Positions 49,011-59,494 of a DNA stretch of 64,000 bases are shown here, piece by piece. The notes under the pieces were generated by a model, which was not told the origin of the DNA, ran no database searches, and saw nothing but the letters and a program-made list of their open reading frames with translations. Position 1 is the first letter of the stretch. Every line of letters starts with the position of its first letter. Made by a program: the position numbers and the translations under genes. The DNA lies in NCBI GenBank assembly GCA_050633305.1, contig JBOEGF010000047.1:32001-96000 (forward strand), written 5' to 3'. The stretch is from Nannocystales bacterium. Lineage in GTDB: Bacteria; Myxococcota_A; Polyangia; Nannocystales; Nannocystaceae.

Positions 49011-50000
49011 TCAGGCAGGAAGTGCGCAGATGCCGACGTCCTCGTATCCCGGAGGCACTGCACCCTCTTCGAAGAAGGCTTCGCAGGTCTCCATCGTGTC
49101 GCAGCCCTGGTCGGCAGGGTCAGCGGCCAGGTCGCAGACGTTCTGGCAGCAGCCGCCGGCACCGGCGGGGCAGCCCTGGACGATGGCTGGGTTCGCGCAG
49201 ATGTTGCCCATATCGCAGGCGTTGAGGAACTCGCACGGGTCGTTGTCCGCGCCTTGGTCCTCACCCGAAGCATCGGGAGCGCAGACGAATGCGTTGTCGA
49301 TGGGGTAGCAAGCCTGGCCCTCGGCGCAGTTCTGCGTCAGCGGATCGCAGCTGGGCAGGCAGAGGATGAGCGTACCGCCGTTGGCGACCGAGCAGCTGGT
49401 GGTCGGGTCGTCACAGACCGGAGCGTTCTCAGAGCCGGTGCAGAATGCGACGCAAGTACCTTCGTTGGTCTCGCCGTCGACGTCCCAGCACATGGAGGAG
49501 ACATCGCAGGTGTCGATGCCCGACACGCCCGAACCTTCGACCGAGCAGGGGTCACCAGGCTGAGCGGGGTTGGGGTCGAGCGGCACGCAGCGCGTCGCGT
49601 TCCAGGAGGAACCGCCGTCGTTGGCCCATGCCGAGCACTTCTCGCCCTCGCCACAGTCCTGGTCCCAGACCGAGCACTCGATGCTCACACCGCCGCCGTC
49701 GGGGTCGGTGATGAAGCCAGTGCTGACGCCGGTGGGATCCGGAGTGTCGGTGTCCGAGCCGTCGGTGGTGTCGGTCTCCGACGTACCTTCGGTGGTCATC
49801 GAGTCCGCGGTGTCTGCGGTGTCCGCGGTGTCTGCAGTGTCTGCGGTGTCTGCAGTGTCTGCGGTGTCGCTGGTGTCCTCGGTTTCACCCGCGGTGCCAT
49901 TGCTGTCGCTTGCCGCGCCAGTGCTGCCGTCGCTGTCCGCGTCGCAACCGATGACCAGAAGGGCGGAGCCCAGTAGAGAAATCAAGACCTTTTTGTGCAT
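49011..50000 (-). CDS. Cys-rich lipoprotein (paralog B) with (DTA)n linker
   Basis: Lipobox VIGC, then ECSVWDQDCGEGEKCSAWANDGG...QPGDPCSVEGSGVSGIDTCD, colinear with paralog A. Confidence 0.85.
   Translation of the reverse strand: MHKKVLISLLGSALLVIGCDADSDGSTGAASDSNGTAGETEDTSDTADTADTADTADTADTADTADSMTTEGTSETDTTDGSDTDTPDPTGVSTGFITDPDGGGVSIECSVWDQDCGEGEKCSAWANDGGSSWNATRCVPLDPNPAQPGDPCSVEGSGVSGIDTCDVSSMCWDVDGETNEGTCVAFCTGSENAPVCDDPTTSCSVANGGTLILCLPSCDPLTQNCAEGQACYPIDNAFVCAPDASGEDQGADNDPCEFLNACDMGNICANPAIVQGCPAGAGGCCQNVCDLAADPADQGCDTMETCEAFFEEGAVPPGYEDVGICALPA
49807..49869. repeat. Coding 9-bp tandem repeat, 7 copies (GC[G/A]GTGTC[T/C/G]) encoding Asp-Thr-Ala
   Basis: Read directly from the sequence; the protein shows DTADTADTADTADTADTADTA. 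Confidence 0.9.
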
Positions 50001-50541
50001 TGTTCGTCCCTTGCGGTTTGTGGGTAGCTCGCTTGCGCGGTCGAAGAGCCAGTCCCCGAGGCTCTCTTTGCTCGTTCGTCTGAGCCGCCTTTCAGACGGG
50101 TTGACGAGGTGGAGCGGAATGACGTTGTGGGCGAGTCCTTTGGTTCTGCGAGTGGCGAGGGGTCGAAACAACGGGTCACGACCGTGACACCACGGCTGAC
50201 GGAAGAATCCACAAAAAACTGCCGCCCAGCAAGCGAAAACTAATAAAAAAATGTGAGAAAGCTACCGAGGGCGACTTCGCGCATCGGAGACAAGATTCCC
50301 GAAAAGCCTCATCATCATCGACACCTAGGCCAAGCGACGCGCATGCGCCACCTGCGCACCCGGCGCGAACGTCGATACTTTCGTGCGTTTCGAGGATCCT
50401 ACCGCCCGCCGCTGTGCGCACATGCGCGCATCGTCAGCAGACCGACACTGAGGTGACGGCCCGGCCCGGGTCGCCCCGGCGCCAAGCCCCCGCGCCCTCT
50501 GCGTCGAGCACACGGTCCGCCGCTTGCACTCGTTGTTGGGA

Positions 50542-51591
50542 ATGCCTGACGCACCGTGTTGTCCCCTCTGTCAGCAGCCCTCGGGTGAGAGCAACACCCA
50601 CGCGCGCATCATGCCTGTAGAGGACATGTCCGTCCGGGTGTGTGAAGCGTGTACGTGTGTGTTTCATGGTGTCCAGGTCCCACGAGTGGAGGACTGCTAT
50701 CGCGCGCGGGTTTGGGGAGGACCGCCGCGTGCGGGCTTCACAGAAACCGGCGAAGGGTCGATTCGCCGCTCTCCCCCTGCGGCCCGCGCAGCACGGACTT
50801 CCGCCAAGCTGCATGCGCTTCGTGCCGCACTCCGGCGTGGTGCAGTGTTGTCCGCCTCCGTCCTCGAGGTGGGATGTCGGGACGGCGAGTTCTCGGCCGC
50901 TGCAAGGGATCGCTTTCGCGGACTCGAACTCGCAGCCTTGGAACCCTGGCTTCCTTGGAGAGACGAGGCCGCGGCGCGGGGGCTCACCGTGACCCCGGCC
51001 ATCGCCGAGGCCGTGGACGGGGGCAGCGTCGATATCGTCGCAGAGTTCGATCTACTCGATCACTTCACCGACCCGGTCGCCCACCTCCGAGCGCTCACAC
51101 AACTCATGAAACCCATGGGGCACCTCGTCCTGGGCGTGTCCAGCATCGAGACCTGCGCCGGAACGCTGCACCCGCACCGACTACGCCTCGACACCCCGAT
51201 CGGGTTCACACCACGCTCCTTGCGGGCCGCCTGCACTGCCGCGGGGCTCGAAGCGAGGATCTGGGAAGAAGGCCCGACCCTGTTCGCGGTCTGCGAACGC
51301 GGGGATGTGAAACCAGAAGCCGCCCCACCCGGCGAGGCCGATGCACTGTCGCTCGCGCTCGCAGAGAACGACGGTCGGCTGTTGCTCAAGCGTGCCTTGG
51401 CCAAACACGGGGCCACCGATGCAGCGCTACGAGCCGCGGGCGTGGCTGCGCGAGCCTGCCGCACCCCGGCGTGTTACGTGGCGCTGTGCGAAGACGTTGC
51501 GGCGGCGTGCCGGCGTGACCAACGTAAGGACCTCGCAGCCCAGTGGTCGGCCTACGCACACGAGCGCCCCACCTCACAGAATGTGGCGTGA
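50542..51591 (+). CDS. Class I SAM-dependent methyltransferase-like protein with N-terminal Zn ribbon
   Basis: CPLC...CEAC, VLEVGCRDGEF and LLDHFTDPVAHL...LMKPMGHLV. Confidence 0.75.
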   Translation: MPDAPCCPLCQQPSGESNTHARIMPVEDMSVRVCEACTCVFHGVQVPRVEDCYRARVWGGPPRAGFTETGEGSIRRSPPAARAARTSAKLHALRAALRRGAVLSASVLEVGCRDGEFSAAARDRFRGLELAALEPWLPWRDEAAARGLTVTPAIAEAVDGGSVDIVAEFDLLDHFTDPVAHLRALTQLMKPMGHLVLGVSSIETCAGTLHPHRLRLDTPIGFTPRSLRAACTAAGLEARIWEEGPTLFAVCERGDVKPEAAPPGEADALSLALAENDGRLLLKRALAKHGATDAALRAAGVAARACRTPACYVALCEDVAAACRRDQRKDLAAQWSAYAHERPTSQNVA

Positions 51592-52941
51592 GAGGTCCTG
51601 ATCTTCGAGCAGATCGCCGACCCGCTTGGCGACGTAGTCGGCAGTGATCCGGACCTCCTGCGCTCCCACTTCGCTCGCCTCGAAGCTCAACTCCTCGAGA
51701 ACACGTTCCAGCACCGTGTGCAGACGTCGGGCCCCGATGTTCTCCAGCGTCGCGTTGGCTTTCCACGCGATGTCGGCGACCGACTCGATCGCGCCATCGT
51801 CGAAGACCAACTGCACGTTTTCGGTCTCCAACAGGGCTGCGTACTGTTTGAGCAACGAGTTCTCGGGTTCCCGCAGGATGCGAACGAAATCGTCCGCACG
51901 GAGGGACTCCAGCTCCACGCGGATCGGAAAGCGTCCTTGCAGCTCGGGAATGAGGTCGCTGACCTTGGAGAGGTGAAAAGCCCCGGCCGCGATAAACAGA
52001 ACGTGGTCCGTCCGGACCGGTCCGTAGCGTGTCGAGACGGTCGACCCCTCGACCAGCGGTAGCAGGTCCCGTTGCACGCCCTCGCGAGAGATGTCCCCAC
52101 TCCCGACCTTTTCGCGGCCACAGATCTTGTCGATCTCATCGAGGAACACGACCCCCAGCTGCTCGGTGCGAGAGACCGCTTCCTTCGAGACCGCGTCTCG
52201 GTCGACGAGCGATGCAGCCTCCTCATCGGCGAGGAGGTCCAGCGCGACCTTGACCGTCACAGTTCGCTTCTGCGATTTCTTTCCGAACTGGCCGAACAGG
52301 TCCTTGAGCTGTTGCATCTGCCCCCCCATGTCCATGCCAGGACCTCCGCCCATCATCGGCGGCGGCGTCGCTCCACGCTCGGTCACCTCGACTTCGACCT
52401 CGCGCTCATCCAGCTTGCCTTGGGTCAGCAAGTCACGAAGCTTCTCTCGGGTGGCGCTGCTCGCCTTGGGAGGCTCTCCAGGTCGATCCGTGTAGGTGCG
52501 CGCCGCGTCTTGAGCAGGCGGAAGCAACAGGTCGAGAACGCGTTCCTCGGCCGCGCTCTTGGCCTTCCCCTGGACCGAGCGTTCCATCTCGGCTTGTACG
52601 ATCTGCACGGCGGACTCCACGAGGTCGCGGACGACCGAGTCAACGTCTCTGCCCACGTACCCCACCTCGGTGAACTTGCTGACCTCAACCTTGACGAACG
52701 GCGCCCCCGTCAACCGGGCGAGCCTCCGCGCAATCTCGGTTTTTCCGACGCCGGTCGGGCCGACCATGATGATGTTCTTCGGCGAGATTTCATCCCGCAT
52801 CGGATCGGGGACCATCTGCCGTCGCCACCGGTTGCGCATCGCGATCGCAACCGCACGCTTGGCCGCATGCTGTCCGATGATGAATCGGTCGAGTTCCTCG
52901 ACCACCCGGCGTGGGGTGAAAGCCTTGGCTTCGGTGTTCAT
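51574..52941 (-). CDS. hslU: ATP-dependent protease ATPase subunit HslU
   Basis: [58 protein letters not shown] and NIGARRL. Confidence 0.97.
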   Translation of the reverse strand: MNTEAKAFTPRRVVEELDRFIIGQHAAKRAVAIAMRNRWRRQMVPDPMRDEISPKNIIMVGPTGVGKTEIARRLARLTGAPFVKVEVSKFTEVGYVGRDVDSVVRDLVESAVQIVQAEMERSVQGKAKSAAEERVLDLLLPPAQDAARTYTDRPGEPPKASSATREKLRDLLTQGKLDEREVEVEVTERGATPPPMMGGGPGMDMGGQMQQLKDLFGQFGKKSQKRTVTVKVALDLLADEEAASLVDRDAVSKEAVSRTEQLGVVFLDEIDKICGREKVGSGDISREGVQRDLLPLVEGSTVSTRYGPVRTDHVLFIAAGAFHLSKVSDLIPELQGRFPIRVELESLRADDFVRILREPENSLLKQYAALLETENVQLVFDDGAIESVADIAWKANATLENIGARRLHTVLERVLEELSFEASEVGAQEVRITADYVAKRVGDLLEDQDLSRHIL

Positions 52942-53504
52942 TTCGATTCTCCTTCGCCCAGTGTGAGCACCGTGTGCTCGAGATTGGTGAAGACACAGAT
53001 CTCGCCAGCGACACGCAGCGACTCCGAGACCACCTCCGCCGCACTCATGTCGGTGTGACGCACGAGCGCCCGGGCGGCGGCGAGGGCGAAGTTTCCGCCC
53101 GAACCGATCGCCAGGACCCCGTCATCGGGCTCGATGACATCGCCGGTCCCGGAGAGCAGCAACGAACGCTCTGCATCGCAGACGATCATCAGCGCTTCGA
53201 GCTGGCGGTACCGCCGCTCCATCCGCCAGTCCTTCGCCAACTCCACGCACGCGCGGGTGAAGTTTCCGCCCACCTTCTCGAGCTTGCCCTCGAGCAGCTC
53301 GAACAGGGTCAAGCCATCCGCCGCCGAGCCCGCGAAGCCCCCGAGGATGCGACCTTGCGCGAGTGTACGGAGCTTGCGCGCACGACCCTTCATGATCGTG
53401 TTTCCCATCGAAACCTGGCCGTCTGCTCCGAGGGCGACCGAGTCGCCGCGACGTACGCACAGGACGGTTGTGGACCGAATCTCAGGACGTGCAGGGTCCG
53501 TCAT
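52938..53504 (-). CDS. hslV: ATP-dependent protease peptidase subunit HslV
   Basis: [44 protein letters not shown] and ICVFTN. Confidence 0.96.
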   Translation of the reverse strand: MTDPARPEIRSTTVLCVRRGDSVALGADGQVSMGNTIMKGRARKLRTLAQGRILGGFAGSAADGLTLFELLEGKLEKVGGNFTRACVELAKDWRMERRYRQLEALMIVCDAERSLLLSGTGDVIEPDDGVLAIGSGGNFALAAARALVRHTDMSAAEVVSESLRVAGEICVFTNLEHTVLTLGEGESK

Positions 53505-53600
53505 GCCGGGAGTATACGGCGCACCAGCCAAAAACCGACCGCGACAACGCCATCCAACGGTCCGCTTGACCGCATTCGTCCCGCCGACGACTCTTCGGCC

Positions 53601-54176
53601 GTGCTTCGCCTCAGCGCCTTCGCTTCCGGACGAGGATCCAACGTCGCGGCCCTGCACCGGGCGACGCAACGCGGCGAGCTGAACGCGGAGCTCGCCTTGG
53701 TGGTCTCGAACAACTCCGGCGCCAAGGTCTTGGCGTACGCGCGCGAACACGGCATCCCCGCGCTCCACATCAGTAGCAAGACCCACCCCCATGAGGGAGA
53801 TGCGCTGCTCGAGGCGCTGGCGTCCGCGCGTACCGACGTCCTTGTCCTCGCCGGCTACATGAAGAAGCTCGCGCCCGAGGTCGTGGCGGCCTACGAGGGC
53901 CGGGCCGTGAACATCCACCCCGGCCCCCTCCCCGAGTTCGGTGGGCGCGGCATGTTCGGACAGCACGTCCACGCCGCGGTGCTCACTGCCGGGCGGGCGG
54001 AGTCCGGGCCCACGGTCCACCGCGTCACCGCGGAGTACGACGAAGGCGCGACGCTGGGTTTTCGGCCGGTGCCTGTGCTCCCCGACGACACGCCCGAGAC
54101 CCTCGGTGCCCGAGTCCTCGTTGCAGAGCACGACCTCTATTGGCGCGTCATCGCGGACACATTCGCGCGCCCCTAG
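53601..54176 (+). CDS. purN: Phosphoribosylglycinamide formyltransferase
   Basis: [35 protein letters not shown] and YDEG. Confidence 0.93.
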   Translation: MLRLSAFASGRGSNVAALHRATQRGELNAELALVVSNNSGAKVLAYAREHGIPALHISSKTHPHEGDALLEALASARTDVLVLAGYMKKLAPEVVAAYEGRAVNIHPGPLPEFGGRGMFGQHVHAAVLTAGRAESGPTVHRVTAEYDEGATLGFRPVPVLPDDTPETLGARVLVAEHDLYWRVIADTFARP

Positions 54177-54482
54177 CGTGCTCGTGCCGGACTCGCCGCG
54201 CGGGCCTCACGGCGGATCAGCGCTCGGTCCGTCGCGCCGCGATGGCGACCTCGGGAAGCTTCGAGACCCGCACGCGCGCCCCAGCCCGCTCGGTCATCGC
54301 GACGAGCCTCGCTTCCCTCAGGGCGTGAGGCTGCGGTAGGAGACGCATCTTCGAGCCCATCCACAACGCCCCGCGCAAGACCGCCCCCGAACGGTCGCCC
54401 GCCGGGGATGATACGCAGCCCCACCGCCGGTCCAAGCACAGGACGCAGCGGTGCAGCAGCGAACCGCGGATGTCGAAACGGG

Positions 54483-57400
54483 TCAGGCCTTCTCGATGGT
54501 CGTCAGCGGCGGCAGAACACGACGGAGCCAGTCATCGAGCATCACCAGGCCCGAGATCGTCACCCCGGTATCGACCTCTTCGCGAACCCGCTGGTTGAAG
54601 TCGCCGAGTCCATACTTCTCGACCATGCCCGCGACGTCGTCACCGTCGACCAGACGCACGAGTTTGTGCAGGTGGAAGTTGAGCTGTCGACGGAGCGCGT
54701 TGACGGCGGGTCCGTCCCAAGGCGTGGCGATCTCCATGTGATCGATGGCCTGGTTGAGATACAGGAAGCCCATCACGTCGGTGACCTTCAGCCGCAACGC
54801 GAGCCACTCCTCAGGGGTGCGCCCCAAAAGCATCGCGAGCCGAACCGCATCGAGCACGGGCGTCAGGTACCGCAACCGAACCAGACGGTGCGCGAGGGAC
54901 TTCGGCACCCCTGCCTCGACGAGCCGGGCCGTTCGTCCCTTGGTGCGACGCTTGGAGCCCGTCGGCAGGACGTCGTCGACGTGGGACAACAGCGCGAACG
55001 TCTTTTTCGCGGCGTCGTCGTTCATCGCCGGAAGCGGCATCTGATCGAGCAAGTAGTACGTCGCATCTTCGAGCCACGTCTGGGCCAGCGTCATGCACCG
55101 GTACACCGCGGTCTGCGTCTTCGACGTCTCGGTCGCGTACAGCTCGGTGCACAACTCGTCCCACTCGCATGCCGCCGCCGCGTGCATGTACGAAAGCGCG
55201 ATGTCGCGGGTCGAGCTCCCGGTCGCCAGTGCGACCTCGCCGAGCATGCTCCCGCCCGCGTTGTCCACGATGTTGTTGACCAGCATCGTGGTCCCGATCT
55301 CGCGCCGCAGGAGGTGGTTCTCGACCGCATCCGTCCCGGCGAGTTCGAGTACGCGCTGCGGGAAGTAGTCCCGCACCATCCGGCGCACGAGTCCATCGGG
55401 GAGCGGTTCATCCTCGAGGAGCTCCCGGTACGCCAGCATCTTTGCGTGTGCGCACAGAACCGCGGCCTCGTGTTTGATCAGCCCTTGGCCGCGGCGTGAG
55501 CGGCTCTGCAGTTCCTCATCCCCGGGCATCGCGAACATGTCTGGGTTGAACGGGACGGCGTCGGCGAGGAATCGCAACGCACGCGAGTAGCGGAACACAT
55601 CTTTGCGGCTGCGCTCGACATCGAAGGAGACCATTCGGCTCTGAGAACGGTTGTTCTCCAACACCATCTCCACGACCTCGTCCTCGCAGTCCTCCAGCAA
55701 GGTGTTCCGCGCATCCCGGGAGACGTCGCCGGACTTCAGAAGCGGCGCGAACAGAATCTTGATGTTCACCTCGTGGTCGGAGGTGTCGACGCCGCCGGAG
55801 TTGTCGAGGAAGGCGTTGTAGTTCTGGCCACCACGCTTCGCGAACTCGACCCGGCCCCGGTCTGTGATCGCCAGGTTGGCGCCCTCTCCGAGCACCCGAC
55901 ACTGCAGTTCGTTGGCGTTGACTCGGACCGAGTCGTTGGCTTTGTCCCCGGCCTCGACTTGGCTCTCGTCCTTGGCCTTGGCGTACGTCCCGATACCGCC
56001 CATCCACAGCAGGTCCACCTCGAGCTTCAGGATTGCGCTGATGGCTTTGTCGCCGTTGACGACCTCGTCGGGACCGAACCCGAGCAGTTCTCGGGCCTCC
56101 GGGCTCAGGTCGAGTTCTTTCGCCTTGCGCAGGAAGACGCCCCCGCCCTTGGAGAGCAGCGCTTTGCTGTAGTCCTCCCAGCTGGACCGCCCCATCTCGA
56201 ACAGACGAAGCCGCTCTTCGTAGCTCTTCGCGGGATCGGGATCCGGGTCGATGAAGACGTGCATGTGGTTGAAGGCACCGACGAGTTTGATCGTCTTGCT
56301 ACGAAGCAAGCCGTTGCCAAACACATCCCCACTCATGTCCCCCACCCCCACCGCGGTGATGACGTCCGCTTCGGGGTCGATGCCAAGCTCACGGAAGCTC
56401 CGCTTCGAGACCTCCCACGCGCCGCGGGCGGTGATCCCGGTCTTCTTGTGGTCGTACCCATTGGATCCGCCCGAGGCGAACGCATCGTCCAGCCAAAAGC
56501 CCTGGTCGGCACTGATTGCGTTCGCGGTGTCGGAGAGGTGGGCCGTGCCTTTGTCGGCCGCCACCACGAGGTACGGATCCTCGCCTTCGAGGAACGGGAT
56601 GATGCCCTCGGGGTGTTTGGCGACGCCATCGACGACGTTGTCGGTCACCGACAGCAGCGCCCCGATGAAGCGCTTGTAGAACGCATCGCCCGCAGCCCGA
56701 AGTGCGTCGCGCCCTGCGGGTGGGTTGCGCAGGACGAACCCGCCCTTGGCCCCCATGGGCACGATCAGGACGTTCTTGACCATCTGTGTGGCCATCAGGC
56801 CGTGAATCTCGGTCCGGAAGTCCTCGGGACGGTCGCTGAACCGCAGACCACCACGCGCCACCCGGCCACCGCGGAGGTGCACGCCCTCGAAGTCGGGGTG
56901 ATAGACCCAGATCTCGCGGAACGGCTTGGGGTCACGACCGAAGCTGAGGGTTTCGGCAGCGATCTTGAACGCGAGCGCTTTGCCCTGCTCAGCAACCCAC
57001 GCGTTGGTCCGGCGAACCGCTCGCACCACCTCGGCAACGTTCGCGAGCACTCGGTCCGCGGTGTAGTCGGTGACTTGCCGAAGCTCGGCCGACAGCGCGG
57101 ACTCGGAGGCGTCGCGGGTGTCGGTCGACTGCGCGCGGGGATCGAAGCGTGCGGCGAGCCATCCGACGAGCGCTTGCGCGACCGAAGGGTGATCGACCAA
57201 CACCTGCCGGATCACGTCCGGACCGAACGGGACCTGCAGCTGGTGCAGGTAGGCCACGAAGGCGCGAAGGATCTCGACATCGCGAGCGCCCAGGTCGCTG
57301 ACCACCACCAAGCGGTTGAGGTCGTCGTCTCCAGCACGCCCTGCGAACACGTCGCGAAGCGCGGAGACGATGTTGTGCCGCCGCCCCATGATCTGGCCGA

Positions 57401-59216
57401 TCCGGTCGGGCCGAATGTCGAACCGGAAGTTGTCCATGTCGATCGTCGGCAGCCGAGCGATGTTGATGTCGCGGCTGTATTCGTCGACGACCTCGAAGCC
57501 AAAGTTGGTGATGACCGGAAGCTCGCGGCTGAGATTGAGAGCTTCACGCGAGAAGATCCGCAGGTTCAGGCTGCCGGGGTGTTCCCCGAACTCAGAGCTG
57601 TACAGGTCGCAGTCGATGTCGAGGTCGCCCGAGCGCAGACGCTCGAGGCAGCGGATGTCGCCTTCGATGCGCCGCACGCTGCAACGCCGCTTGTGCTCGT
57701 CGTTGAACGCATCGGTGTACGTGTCGATGAGCTCATCCTTGCGAGTCTCGTCGACCGCGTCCGCCGCTTCGCCCAGCCGGTCGCTCCACGAACGCGCGTG
57801 CGCGAGGATCTTGATCCGCAGCTCCTCCGTGTCCACCTCGCGCAGCGCACCCACGCCGGTGACGTAGTAGTGGATGACCGCGTTGTCGTACCGGTCGATG
57901 TAGACGCCGTAGTCGGCGTACGTCCCCGTGAGGTCCTCGAGCAGGATCGACTGGACCTCGCGACGGAGTTCTTCGCTGAACTGCCAACGGGGTAGCGCGA
58001 CGACCACAAACGCAAACCGAGCCTGATCACCGATGCGGATGTGAACATCGGAGCCCCCTTCGGCCTCGGCCCGCAGGATCTGGTCGGTGAGCTCCCAGAT
58101 GCTCTCCCGGTCCTGCATCAGCAGGTACTCCAGCGGCAGCGAGTTGAACGCGTTCGTGATGTTCTTCCCGCGGTTGCTGTGCTCGGAGACCTTTCCGTCG
58201 GTCAGCAAGTCTTGCAACGAACGGCGGATCACGGGGATCTGCTCGGGCGGGGTATGCAGCGCTTTGTAGGTGAAGAGGCCGTCGATGATGATGCAGCCCC
58301 CCGGCGTACCGTCCTCGGCGAACGTCGTCACGAGGAAGTGGCCGAGCTTGCCAGCACGGTGCACCGGCGACTCGACGCCAGATCGCAGGTAGCGGACGTG
58401 TCGCCCCTCCCCTTTGGCCGCGGCCGCGACGAGTTCGGCGTCCCGCTCCGGCTGGTGGATGCGGCTGGTTCCCAGGGCCACGGCGCGGTTGCCCTTGGCG
58501 TCGTACTCCTCGACCGCGAGCAACACGAAGCTCTCCTCGCACAGCCAGCGGAGCAGTTCTTCGGCTTCTCGCAGGGACGTCGAGACCTCACCACGCTCGG
58601 CCGAGGCCGCGGCGAAGTAGCCGTCGGCGACGGACGCGATGCGTTCCCCCATCGCGCCGAAATCCTCGACCATCGCTTGGGCCAACCGCAGCCGCTTCTC
58701 GATGCGCTCGACCACGCCAGCAGGAATCGCGGAACCGGCTTCGTTCCCAGCCGACGCGCGCATGCTGACCTCGGCCCGCATGAGGGACTCGGCCTGGCCT
58801 GCACCGATCGAGAGCATTCGTCCGGCGGGGTCACGGCGGACGCGAATGATCGCGTTGAGGAAGCTCTTGATCTCGTACTGCTCGTTGGCCAATGCCGCGC
58901 GAAGGGTCGACACCAAGAACGGCTGGTCGTCGAGACACGACTCGACGACAAGCAGGTCGCGCTCGACGTCATGACGAATCTCGACTTTGATCTCCGCACG
59001 CTTGCGGTCTCGCATCAAGGCGAGCATGTCCTCGAGTTCCACGACCAGCGTGTCGGGCGAGACCCGCTTGAGGTCGCGAACGTCGACCGAGGCGAGCACG
59101 TCTCTGGCCAAAGAGGCGAGTTGTTCCCGGTCGGTGTTCTCGCGGCGCGGCGAGAATGCAGACACGGCTTTTTGAACTTCGAGGATGAGCCGACTCGTCA
59201 GCTGGCGGGCAGACAT
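54483..59216 (-). CDS. gdhB: Large NAD-specific glutamate dehydrogenase
   Basis: EGVHLRGGRVARGGLRFSDR, QMVKN..VPMGAKGGF, DPYLVVAADKGTA, DAFASGGSNGYDHK, GVGDMSGDVFGNG and DNSGGVDTSDHEVNIKI. Confidence 0.95.
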   Translation of the reverse strand: MSARQLTSRLILEVQKAVSAFSPRRENTDREQLASLARDVLASVDVRDLKRVSPDTLVVELEDMLALMRDRKRAEIKVEIRHDVERDLLVVESCLDDQPFLVSTLRAALANEQYEIKSFLNAIIRVRRDPAGRMLSIGAGQAESLMRAEVSMRASAGNEAGSAIPAGVVERIEKRLRLAQAMVEDFGAMGERIASVADGYFAAASAERGEVSTSLREAEELLRWLCEESFVLLAVEEYDAKGNRAVALGTSRIHQPERDAELVAAAAKGEGRHVRYLRSGVESPVHRAGKLGHFLVTTFAEDGTPGGCIIIDGLFTYKALHTPPEQIPVIRRSLQDLLTDGKVSEHSNRGKNITNAFNSLPLEYLLMQDRESIWELTDQILRAEAEGGSDVHIRIGDQARFAFVVVALPRWQFSEELRREVQSILLEDLTGTYADYGVYIDRYDNAVIHYYVTGVGALREVDTEELRIKILAHARSWSDRLGEAADAVDETRKDELIDTYTDAFNDEHKRRCSVRRIEGDIRCLERLRSGDLDIDCDLYSSEFGEHPGSLNLRIFSREALNLSRELPVITNFGFEVVDEYSRDINIARLPTIDMDNFRFDIRPDRIGQIMGRRHNIVSALRDVFAGRAGDDDLNRLVVVSDLGARDVEILRAFVAYLHQLQVPFGPDVIRQVLVDHPSVAQALVGWLAARFDPRAQSTDTRDASESALSAELRQVTDYTADRVLANVAEVVRAVRRTNAWVAEQGKALAFKIAAETLSFGRDPKPFREIWVYHPDFEGVHLRGGRVARGGLRFSDRPEDFRTEIHGLMATQMVKNVLIVPMGAKGGFVLRNPPAGRDALRAAGDAFYKRFIGALLSVTDNVVDGVAKHPEGIIPFLEGEDPYLVVAADKGTAHLSDTANAISADQGFWLDDAFASGGSNGYDHKKTGITARGAWEVSKRSFRELGIDPEADVITAVGVGDMSGDVFGNGLLRSKTIKLVGAFNHMHVFIDPDPDPAKSYEERLRLFEMGRSSWEDYSKALLSKGGGVFLRKAKELDLSPEARELLGFGPDEVVNGDKAISAILKLEVDLLWMGGIGTYAKAKDESQVEAGDKANDSVRVNANELQCRVLGEGANLAITDRGRVEFAKRGGQNYNAFLDNSGGVDTSDHEVNIKILFAPLLKSGDVSRDARNTLLEDCEDEVVEMVLENNRSQSRMVSFDVERSRKDVFRYSRALRFLADAVPFNPDMFAMPGDEELQSRSRRGQGLIKHEAAVLCAHAKMLAYRELLEDEPLPDGLVRRMVRDYFPQRVLELAGTDAVENHLLRREIGTTMLVNNIVDNAGGSMLGEVALATGSSTRDIALSYMHAAAACEWDELCTELYATETSKTQTAVYRCMTLAQTWLEDATYYLLDQMPLPAMNDDAAKKTFALLSHVDDVLPTGSKRRTKGRTARLVEAGVPKSLAHRLVRLRYLTPVLDAVRLAMLLGRTPEEWLALRLKVTDVMGFLYLNQAIDHMEIATPWDGPAVNALRRQLNFHLHKLVRLVDGDDVAGMVEKYGLGDFNQRVREEVDTGVTISGLVMLDDWLRRVLPPLTTIEKA

Positions 59217-59494
59217 GCACCGGGAGCGTCCCGCAGCAGGGTGCTCCACGCAAGCCGGAGCGCCTGTGAGACTGACCGCGCGCAAACCGTTGCGCGCCCC
59301 CTGCGGGCCCCCTCTCAGGCGAGCGATAGCACGGCGATTGCACCGAGCAGCGCGGCGCCCAGCGGCCCCGCCAACGGGAGCACGAAGCGAGGCGTATCGC
59401 GCAGCACGTAGGGCGAGTCGTCGAGCGTCATACGGCAGCCATCGTCGCCGATGCGCCCGCACCGTAGCTCGGGTATGGGCCGCAGCGTCCCACG

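Noticed and set aside
54177..54482. Short ORFs between convergent purN and gdhB
   Set aside because: Low-complexity translations with no start signals or motifs.
55773..59411. 740-aa and 456-aa + strand ORFs
   Set aside because: Antisense mirrors of glutamate dehydrogenase.
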